This document shows, piece by piece, positions 15,121-22,046 of a DNA stretch of 32,000 bases; within the stretch, counting starts at the first letter, position 1; every line of letters begins with the position of its first letter. The notes under the pieces were generated by a model. It saw only the letters and a program-made list of their open reading frames with translations, ran no database searches and was not told the DNA's origin. Both the position numbers and the translations under genes were made by a program. The DNA is taken from contig NZ_CP060530.1 in the NCBI RefSeq assembly GCF_016806735.1, positions 30,001-62,000 of the forward strand, given 5' to 3'. Source of the stretch: Candidatus Micrarchaeum sp. (lineage in GTDB: Archaea > Micrarchaeota > Micrarchaeia > Micrarchaeales > Micrarchaeaceae).

Positions 15121-17112
15121 TTACCTTTTTTTCCTGCGCTTGAACTGCAGATAAAACCAGAAGGATGCAATAGCAATTGTTACGATTATTATTGCTATTA
15201 TTATTGCTGGCGTTACCATCTCAACCTTAACGCCATTCGAATAAGATGAGGCAAACTTTTCAGTGAAGCCGGAATATATTATCTCCCCGGTTACGTTGCC
15301 ATATGGCACATCTGCAAATGCTGCGGAGCCGTTTTTGTTCAGAAATTTTTGCGAAACAGTCCCATTTTGGAAGCGCGCTCTTACAGTGCCGCTTATTGGG
15401 GCACCGAAGATGTTACGTGCATATACCGTAACGTTGTACACCGGCAGTAGTATGTCTATATCCCCTGGAGCCAAAACATCTACTGAACTGTTTATTGGAG
15501 TGACATTCACTCCGCCGATATCAAAAGGGCCGATTTTATTATCGCCTTCCAGCATGAATAAGGTAAGGTTTCTGTATGGTTTGCCGTTGAAATAAAACAA
15601 TGACGGTTTGAGACTATCTCCGTTTACGGATTTTGGAGCTATGGTTTCTTTAAAAGCCGTATCAAATATTGCAGTCAGATTGTAGCTTTTCGTGGCATTT
15701 ATTTTTATTGTGCTGTTATCATATATATTGTCCCATGAAATGAATATCTTTTCGGTTGTTGCATTTATCTGCTGTGAAGTTTTAGACAATGACAGATATG
15801 CTGTCGTATTTGAATCATACCAGCCGGAACCGGTTACGTTGCCATATGGCGTTGTGCCACTTATCAGATATTGCTTTTCCCACAGTGCTTCTATATTCGT
15901 CGGGCTTGTTACGGAAATGTGAATTTCTGGTTCGGCGCTTATATTGCCAAAACCATAAAAATGGTATCGTGATCCTGGTCCTGTGCTAACGTTCAGAGGC
16001 GATATGCTTATTGTTGCAATAGTCCCATTAGGATACCAGCCGGAACCGGTTACGTTGCCGAAACTGCTTGAAACATTTGCCAGGTATTGAGTTTGCCATA
16101 ATGCCGTTTCGGTGATGTTGGATGATATTTTTATTTGGGTGCTGTTCGAAACGCCAGTATATGATCCTATCCCGGAGCCCTTCCAACCTATGAAGCGCTC
16201 TCTTGTGTTGTTGCTTAAATAGATATATTCTGGTTCTGTGAGATTGAAATTGGCATATGGCGAATACTGTGCATTGCCCCTATATCCATAATCAGAATTC
16301 ACTTTAAGATAGTAACCGTATGACCATAATGTAGTAAAATTCACGGGTGTTGGAAGGCCCGAACCCACTTCGAATACATTTACGTACGGAGCGACTTCTT
16401 TAACGCCATAGCCATTCCTGAGGTTTTGCAGGCTTCCGGTCCCATAGCCTATATACGAATAGCCCGTGGAAACTTTTTCAGGAATACCATTTTTGTATAC
16501 CGTTAGGTTGGAAAATGTTACGGGTTTCATGTAAGTATCATTATTGTTGGAGTTTGCATATTCTCCGAATACTGTGGGAACATTCTGCCCGGAGTTTGAT
16601 GTGCCTAAGTCAACGGAGCCTATCAGTGCGGTGTTTAGGTATATGTTCCACTCGCCATTTGCGTATTTGAACGAGTATGTGTTAAAAGTTCCATTTGGCC
16701 CGACGCTGTCGTTTGTCCCTACAGAGCCGTAGAAGCTATTTGAATTATCTCCGGCAGGAAAATATTCCCAGAACCATGAGGGTTGGCCCTTTTTAACTAT
16801 GACCTTTCCAGTGCATGCAGCGTTAGGAGAACAGCCAGTAGGGTAATATCCGGTTTGGTTGGGAATTTCGTATCCTACTTGTATGAAGGCGCCGTTGTTA
16901 AGTATCTCTCCTACCCAGAAACCGAAGGAACCATATTGGAGCTGCTGCGGGTATACCGTTTCTATGCTTACTGATGCGCCATTATTGAAAGAATAATTTT
17001 GGGATGACCTTACCCCGCTTTGAAACCAGTACTGCGCGTTTGCTGTTCCAAGTAGCAGCAATAACGAAAGCAGCACTATGGACAAAGAGATCTCAAACCC
17101 TCTCATAATCAA
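15121..17112 (-). CDS. Secreted, C-terminally membrane-anchored, N-glycosylation-sequon-rich surface protein; N-terminal ConA-like domain with G1 (glutamic) peptidase-like motifs plus three B-repeat-like modules
   Basis: Signal peptide MIMRGFEISLSIVLLSLLLLLGTANA|QY. I hand-count about 29 N-x-S/T sequons in 663 aa. The C-terminal helix PAIIIAIIIVTIAIASFWFYL is followed by KRRKKR. Collinear motifs YWFQSG, FWVGEIL, FIQVG, WFWEYFP and VFGEY are discussed in the findings. Confidence 0.6.
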   Translation of the reverse strand: MIMRGFEISLSIVLLSLLLLLGTANAQYWFQSGVRSSQNYSFNNGASVSIETVYPQQLQYGSFGFWVGEILNNGAFIQVGYEIPNQTGYYPTGCSPNAACTGKVIVKKGQPSWFWEYFPAGDNSNSFYGSVGTNDSVGPNGTFNTYSFKYANGEWNIYLNTALIGSVDLGTSNSGQNVPTVFGEYANSNNNDTYMKPVTFSNLTVYKNGIPEKVSTGYSYIGYGTGSLQNLRNGYGVKEVAPYVNVFEVGSGLPTPVNFTTLWSYGYYLKVNSDYGYRGNAQYSPYANFNLTEPEYIYLSNNTRERFIGWKGSGIGSYTGVSNSTQIKISSNITETALWQTQYLANVSSSFGNVTGSGWYPNGTIATISISPLNVSTGPGSRYHFYGFGNISAEPEIHISVTSPTNIEALWEKQYLISGTTPYGNVTGSGWYDSNTTAYLSLSKTSQQINATTEKIFISWDNIYDNSTIKINATKSYNLTAIFDTAFKETIAPKSVNGDSLKPSLFYFNGKPYRNLTLFMLEGDNKIGPFDIGGVNVTPINSSVDVLAPGDIDILLPVYNVTVYARNIFGAPISGTVRARFQNGTVSQKFLNKNGSAAFADVPYGNVTGEIIYSGFTEKFASSYSNGVKVEMVTPAIIIAIIIVTIAIASFWFYLQFKRRKKR
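15652..16311 (-). repeat. Three tandem modules of about 72 codons inside the surface protein gene, with exact DNA repeats
   Basis: Protein modules are roughly residues 268-343, 344-415 and 416-487. The first two end in A-L-W-x-x-Q-Y and the third ends in A-I-F-D-T-A-F. The 27-nt string ATACCAGCCGGAACCGGTTACGTTGCC occurs exactly at 15817-15843 and 16033-16059, which is 216 nt (72 codons) apart, and encodes GNVTGSGWY. Confidence 0.8.
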
Positions 17113-17842
17113 TACCTATTTCGTTCAATTTTTTAAGTATTGGCTCTCTTTCCTTTGCTGAAAGACTTTTCCATTCTATAACTGCAACGTCCGGCCTTGG
17201 ATTCGACATTTCAAACGCTTGATTTAGCATCCCGGTCTCGTTTGCGTAGTATCTTGGCATTATGTGCGCAAAGGCATAACCTTTTTCAAGTGCCAGCTTG
17301 GTAAACTTAGATGCATAATGGTTTCCACCTATGCCGATGACTATCCTATTGGAGCCGTTGCCCATATCCAACGAATTTATTATCGATTTCGCAAGAAGCT
17401 CTGCCATCCCAGGACTATTAACTACTTCGGCATTACCACCGACCTCTGCAAAAAATGATTTTTTGTATGTATTGGGACCGTGATGCGTTGCCTCATATGT
17501 GACTTCCACACCATTAACGTTTATCTTTGACATTTGTATCAGCGTGTTAAGCATTTCTATTGGAGAGGCCATGCTAAGCACGTTTGGGATTCCCCCAAGC
17601 TCTGCTTTGGACGACCAGTTGCCTTCAGAATGGACTGTGAACGAGCCTATGCTCTTGCTGCTCGAATGCTTGCTCATAAATATAGCAGGTTCTGATACAG
17701 ATCCTGGCAGAGCAGCGTTTACCAATTCTGTTTGAACTTTTACCACTTTGAACGGCATTTCCTGATTTTTGTATTCTTGCTCTATATAAGCATAGGAATT
17801 TCTTGAGACAGGGTCGATATCGTTATATATTATTGAAACCAT
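17093..17842 (-). CDS. dtdA: D-aminoacyl-tRNA deacylase, archaeal DTD2 type
   Basis: 249 aa. Motifs VTYEATHHGPN, FFAEVGG, IGIGGNHYASKFT and AFAHIMP are collinear with the archaeal DTD2 family. Confidence 0.85.
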   Translation of the reverse strand: MVSIIYNDIDPVSRNSYAYIEQEYKNQEMPFKVVKVQTELVNAALPGSVSEPAIFMSKHSSSKSIGSFTVHSEGNWSSKAELGGIPNVLSMASPIEMLNTLIQMSKINVNGVEVTYEATHHGPNTYKKSFFAEVGGNAEVVNSPGMAELLAKSIINSLDMGNGSNRIVIGIGGNHYASKFTKLALEKGYAFAHIMPRYYANETGMLNQAFEMSNPRPDVAVIEWKSLSAKEREPILKKLNEIGIDYERV

Positions 17843-17898
17843 AATTTACACAGATAGTAATAACAGATTCGTTTATTTAGCGTTTTTGATATGATTAC

Positions 17899-18201
17899 AT
17901 GGGAAAGAAATTTGCAAGGAACATAGAAGATTTCACATGCTATAATTGCGGCTTTGAGGTAAAGGGCAACGGCTATACGGACCACTGCCCGAAATGCCTG
18001 TATGGATTGCACGTAGACATAAAACCAGGAGATAGGGAATGCAAATGCCATGGAAAAATGGAGCCGGTTAGCTCAATATCAGACAGATACGGAACATTTA
18101 CCATAAGTTATGTCTGTCTCAAATGCGGGATGAAAAAAAGAGTAAAAGCCTCGCCTGATGATTCCGTCGAGGCCTTGGAGGCTTTTAGTTCCAAGCGCTA
18201 G
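17899..18201 (+). CDS. RNHCP-domain zinc-binding protein (motif variant TDHCP)
   Basis: 100 aa. FTCYNCGFEVKGNGYTDHCPKCLYGLHVDIKPGDRECKCHGKMEP...CLKCG has eight Cys arranged as CxxC...CxxC and CxC...CxxC, collinear with RNHCP-domain proteins as I remember them. Confidence 0.6.
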   Translation: MGKKFARNIEDFTCYNCGFEVKGNGYTDHCPKCLYGLHVDIKPGDRECKCHGKMEPVSSISDRYGTFTISYVCLKCGMKKRVKASPDDSVEALEAFSSKR

Positions 18202-18263
18202 AGTTTTTACGGCAAGCAAAACATATTTAGCATTGGCAACATAAGTTATACCAGGTAGATGTA

Positions 18264-18623
18264 ATGCTTTACAACTACATCGCATTGGTTCTTTTTGCCC
18301 TTCTCGGCATATTTATACCTGTATCATTCTTAATGACTGCCAAGATATTGGGCAGGAGGTATAAGCCAAACGATGTAAAGGATGCGCCCTATGAAAGCGG
18401 AGAAAAGACAGTGGGAAACAGCAGGGACATAGACAGCGAATACTTTCCCTTCATAATGCTTTTCCTGCCGTTCGAAGTCATAGCAATTCTGGTATTGGTA
18501 TGGTCGTACGCTTCCGGAATAATGAGCAGATATTCCGGGCTTTATATGGTTCTTTTGCTCGTTTTTGCGACGATTTTCTCAGTGATAGGGTATAAGGTAA
18601 TAGGCGATGGTAGTGGAGAATGA
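18264..18623 (+). CDS. nuoA: NADH-quinone oxidoreductase subunit A
   Basis: 119 aa with three hydrophobic helices. It has the conserved PYESGE loop and sits immediately upstream of nuoB. Confidence 0.8.
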   Translation: MLYNYIALVLFALLGIFIPVSFLMTAKILGRRYKPNDVKDAPYESGEKTVGNSRDIDSEYFPFIMLFLPFEVIAILVLVWSYASGIMSRYSGLYMVLLLVFATIFSVIGYKVIGDGSGE

Positions 18624-19239
18624 TGCACCGTATAACGAGCAGGAATTCGAAAATGCAGAACAGGAGATGAACGAGCTCCTGCAGAATAGCTTGAAAGGGA
18701 AAGAGGTCCCGATAAACGCAATGTTTTTGAAACTGGGCGATTTCATAAAGGCTCGTGCGTCCGGGTTGGTGAAGTGGAGCATGGAAAAATCGCTTTGGCC
18801 TTTGCAGTTCGGCCTGGCTTGCTGTGCAATGGAGCTTATGGATTTTGGCGCTGCCAGGATAGATGCAGAAAGGAAAGGTTACCTGCTTTTCAGGGGAACG
18901 CCAAGACAGTGCGACGTTATGATAGTTGCCGGCTGGGTAACCAAATCGATGGTCCCCAGGGTAAAAAGACTTTATGAGCAAATGTCGGAACCCAGGTATG
19001 TTATAGCGTATGGAGAATGCGCAACTTCTGGAGGACCGTGGTGGGAAAGCTATAATATAATAAAAGGAATAGATCAGGTTTTGCCGGTAGACGTTTACGC
19101 CATAGGGTGCCCGCCTAAACCGGAGAATCTTTTTGGGGCACTTATGCGCCTTCAAGACAAAATAGGTGGAAAAATTGATGGAGATACAGAAAGAAGCATT
19201 ACTGACAACCCTAGAAGATATGAAAAAAGAGGGGTTTAA
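18607..19239 (+). CDS. nuoB: NADH-quinone oxidoreductase subunit B
   Basis: Motifs WPLQFGLACCAMELM, YGECATSGGPW and GCPPKPE carry the four N2-cluster cysteines. It overlaps nuoA by 17 nt. Confidence 0.95.
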   Translation: MVVENDAPYNEQEFENAEQEMNELLQNSLKGKEVPINAMFLKLGDFIKARASGLVKWSMEKSLWPLQFGLACCAMELMDFGAARIDAERKGYLLFRGTPRQCDVMIVAGWVTKSMVPRVKRLYEQMSEPRYVIAYGECATSGGPWWESYNIIKGIDQVLPVDVYAIGCPPKPENLFGALMRLQDKIGGKIDGDTERSITDNPRRYEKRGV

Positions 19240-19549
19240 TTACCTAAAAGGAATAACTGCGGTCGATTACAAAGACCACTTAGAGGTAGTGTATATACTG
19301 TATAATACGGAACAAAAAAAGCAAGAGATTCTAGGCGTAAACCTTAAGGACGACGAATCCATACACACCGTTATAATGCTTTACAAATCAGCGGACTGGC
19401 TGGAAAGAGAATTGTCTGAGATGTTTGGCATAAAGATAATCGGAAGGGATGCGCCCCGGCTTCTTTTGGAGAAGTGGAACGGGAGTGAGGCGCCGTTGAG
19501 AAAAAGCTTCGCTTGGGGGAATGAAGATTACAAGAGGCAGCAGCAATGA
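19166..19549 (+). CDS. nuoC: NADH-quinone oxidoreductase subunit C (short form)
   Basis: Motifs ITAVDY, LEVVYILY, SADWLERELSEMFGIKIIG and APLRKSF. The start is uncertain (GTG 19166, ATG 19178 or ATG 19220). All three options overlap the nuoB 3' end. Confidence 0.85.
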   Translation: MEKLMEIQKEALLTTLEDMKKEGFNYLKGITAVDYKDHLEVVYILYNTEQKKQEILGVNLKDDESIHTVIMLYKSADWLERELSEMFGIKIIGRDAPRLLLEKWNGSEAPLRKSFAWGNEDYKRQQQ

Positions 19550-20643
19550 GCATAATGAGGATAAATGTGGGGCCAATACATCCGAGCACGCACGGAGTGC
19601 TGAGGCTTGTTGTGGACGTAGATGGAGACACTGTAGTAGACGTCAACACGCACATCGGATTTTTGCACAGGGGCGTAGAAAAGCTGATGGAAACCAGAAT
19701 GTATATGCAAAATCCCTCTTATACAGAAAAAATGGATTATGTTGCTCCGCTGGCATGGGACGATCTTTACGTCCACGCAGTAGAAATTGCACAAGGAAAG
19801 GAAGTAAAGGAGGCAGCACAATATGCGAGAGTCATTCTTGATGAATTTCAGCGTATAGCAAGCCATTTGCTGTGGCTAGGAACTTGGTGCAATGACCTAG
19901 GCCAAATGTTCACCCTATTCATGTGGACATTCAGGGAGAGGGCAGAGATAATAAAGTTCCTCGAGGACATATCCGGAAGCAGGATGTTTTACGTGAATAT
20001 ACGGGTCGGAGGGCTCTGGAAGCCGCTTCCGAAAGATTTTAAGGAAAGAGCTTACAGGCTCACCGATTATATAGAAGAGCACATAAGCCAGTACCCTGAA
20101 GTGCTCGACAAGAACCCTGTTTTCAGCGAAAGGACCAAGGGCATAGGAAAGCTGAAGCTTGAGGATGCAATAAATATGGGAGCTGCTGGGCCCACGTTGC
20201 GAGCGTCGGGGCTTGAATACGACGTAAGAAAAGCGATGCCATACTATATATATGACAAAATCAAGTTCAACGTGCCGACAAGAAGCGAGGGAGACGCTTA
20301 TGCCAGATATAAGGTAAGATTCGAGGAGATGAGGCAGAGCATATCAATAATAAGGCAGGCGCTGGACAACTTTCCTTCGAACGAAGACGTAGTGGGAATG
20401 CCAATAAAGCTCATAGGGCCGCAAGCCAACCCTGAACCGGTGCTGCTAAGCCATGAATTGCCCAGGGGAGAAGGCATAATATACATGATTCCGGACAAGC
20501 AGAAACCGTACAGGATATACATGAGATCACCGACATACATGAACCTATCGTTGCTATCACATCTGGCCAAGGGCCACAAGTTTGCAGATATATTCTCAAT
20601 ATTGGGGAGCCTGGATGTAATAATGGCCGAAATCGACAAATAG
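19546..20643 (+). CDS. nuoD: NADH-quinone oxidoreductase subunit D
   Basis: Motif RINVGPIHPSTHGVLRL near the N-terminus and the C-terminal LGSLDVIMAEIDK. It overlaps the nuoC stop by 4 nt. Confidence 0.95.
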   Translation: MSIMRINVGPIHPSTHGVLRLVVDVDGDTVVDVNTHIGFLHRGVEKLMETRMYMQNPSYTEKMDYVAPLAWDDLYVHAVEIAQGKEVKEAAQYARVILDEFQRIASHLLWLGTWCNDLGQMFTLFMWTFRERAEIIKFLEDISGSRMFYVNIRVGGLWKPLPKDFKERAYRLTDYIEEHISQYPEVLDKNPVFSERTKGIGKLKLEDAINMGAAGPTLRASGLEYDVRKAMPYYIYDKIKFNVPTRSEGDAYARYKVRFEEMRQSISIIRQALDNFPSNEDVVGMPIKLIGPQANPEPVLLSHELPRGEGIIYMIPDKQKPYRIYMRSPTYMNLSLLSHLAKGHKFADIFSILGSLDVIMAEIDK

Positions 20644-20709
20644 CCGGATTGGGATTACAAAATCATAAAAGCTTTATTTTCTATATTTCAATGAAAATCG
20701 CGATTTATA

Positions 20710-21066
20710 ATGCAAGTGGTCACAATGGAAGAAAATAATTTGGAGAAGCTGACACTGGATTACCAAAAAGTCGAAGAGCAGCTTCAGGCCCTTTCTATGC
20801 AGAGGGAACAGTTTACCGCGCAGAAGGACGAGCTTAGCCATGCAAAAGAACAGATAGAAGGCTCATCCGGAAAGATATACTCCTCGGTTGGCGGGGCGAT
20901 AGTGGAAGCCACCAAGGAAGCCGCACTTGAGGACATAAACGAAAAGAGCGAGCTGACCGACATGCGCCTTACAATGCTGAAGAAGCAGATAGACGAGCTG
21001 AAAAAGCGGGAGCAGGAGCTCAGGGAAAAAGTAATGTCGATGGTTAACGGCCAGAAGGGCAAATGA
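20710..21066 (+). CDS. pfdB: Prefoldin subunit beta
   Basis: 118 aa with a coiled-coil, beta-hairpin, coiled-coil layout (LQALSMQREQFTAQKDEL...KIYSSVGGAIVEATKEAA...LKKQIDELKKREQELREKV). An alternative ATG start is at 20725. Confidence 0.8.
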   Translation: MQVVTMEENNLEKLTLDYQKVEEQLQALSMQREQFTAQKDELSHAKEQIEGSSGKIYSSVGGAIVEATKEAALEDINEKSELTDMRLTMLKKQIDELKKREQELREKVMSMVNGQKGK

Positions 21067-22046
21067 GCGGTTGCGTGAAGCTTGAGGAACTTGTCGAATT
21101 TCTTAAAAGAAATGCGGACAAAAGGACAATGGTAACATTCCATTCCATAGGGGATATGGACTGCGTATCGTCTGCTTTCGGGATTACGAAGATCCTGAAA
21201 AATTCGTCGATAAGAGCGCCGGACTTTATATCGTCCAATGCCCGCTTCGCCATCGAGCAGGCAGGCATAGCCATGCCAGAAATAAGCGATGGGTTTGACG
21301 ACAGCGCAGAGATTATAGTGCTTGTTGACGTAAACAATTTTGAAGACTGCGGACATTTTGAAAAAAGGCTTGAGGAATCTTCAGCGCATATAGTCGTGAT
21401 AGATCACCACGCTTCCCCGGAAGCAGGGAAAGCTTTGGTATTCAACGACGAAAGTTATAATTCCACTGCAAGTATAGTTTATGAACTGCTCAAAAGTTTC
21501 GGAATGCGTCCGGACAGACCCACTTCGGAGATTCTGGCCATGGGAATATATTCAGATTCCGCAGAGTTTAGGAACGCGACGGCCAAGAGCTTCGTGCAGA
21601 TAGGCGAATTGCTTGAAATTTCTGGGCTTGGATTTCAGCAACTGCTTGAGAAATTTTCGAAGATAGCACCGGCGGAGGCCAGGGAGAGGACAATGGACGA
21701 GCTGTTCGATTCCAAGACCGTGATTATCGGAAACAGGCTTTTTGTAAGCGGCGCCACATCAGTCCATGCGGCAATAGCAGCAGACGATGCCATAAAGATA
21801 GGAGCTGACATAGCCCTTTTTTATTCGGAATCGGAAAATGAAATATCGTTCTCTGCAAGGTGCAGGCCTACTCTGGATACCGAGATGAATATGCATCTGG
21901 GCAGGATAATGAGGGCAATTTCGGGAACCATAGAAGGCACCGGCGGAGGCCATCCTTGCGCCGCGGGGGCTTATGGGCCAAAAAAGGAGGGAAGGGACGC
22001 GTTCATAAAGGCTTTTCATGATAAGGTATTCGGGGAGCAAAAATGA
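21063..22046 (+). CDS. DHH/DHHA1-family phosphoesterase (NrnA/RecJ-like)
   Basis: Motifs HSIGDMDCVSSA (DxD), VLVDV, VVIDHH (DHH), GIYSDS and GGGHPCAAGA (DHHA1). The start overlaps the pfdB stop in ATGA. Confidence 0.85.
   Translation: MSGCVKLEELVEFLKRNADKRTMVTFHSIGDMDCVSSAFGITKILKNSSIRAPDFISSNARFAIEQAGIAMPEISDGFDDSAEIIVLVDVNNFEDCGHFEKRLEESSAHIVVIDHHASPEAGKALVFNDESYNSTASIVYELLKSFGMRPDRPTSEILAMGIYSDSAEFRNATAKSFVQIGELLEISGLGFQQLLEKFSKIAPAEARERTMDELFDSKTVIIGNRLFVSGATSVHAAIAADDAIKIGADIALFYSESENEISFSARCRPTLDTEMNMHLGRIMRAISGTIEGTGGGHPCAAGAYGPKKEGRDAFIKAFHDKVFGEQK

Noticed and set aside
15114-15176. A 21-codon N-terminal extension of the Lhr helicase ORF (MLLHPSGFICSSSAGKKGKNK).
   Set aside because: It would overlap the 3' end of the upstream surface protein gene (stop at 15121). 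ATG 15113 (MDVYSYF) sits 7 nt after that stop and precedes the helicase Q-motif region at a normal distance.
18478-19155. Long shadow ORFs antisense to, or out of frame with, strong genes. Examples: 18478-19155 (225 aa, antisense to nuoB), 25417-26046 and 27071-27571 (antisense to thermosome), 3725-4342 (alternate frame of the permease), 28712-29314 (antisense to gyrB), 20784-21356, 22124-22642 and 31200-31718.
   Set aside because: Each is fully embedded in a gene with unmistakable family motifs. Their translations are Arg/Cys/His/Ser/Leu-rich low-complexity strings with no recognisable domains. Such ORFs are the expected by-product of codon bias in the real frame. Overlapping genes are not strictly excluded, but nothing supports them.
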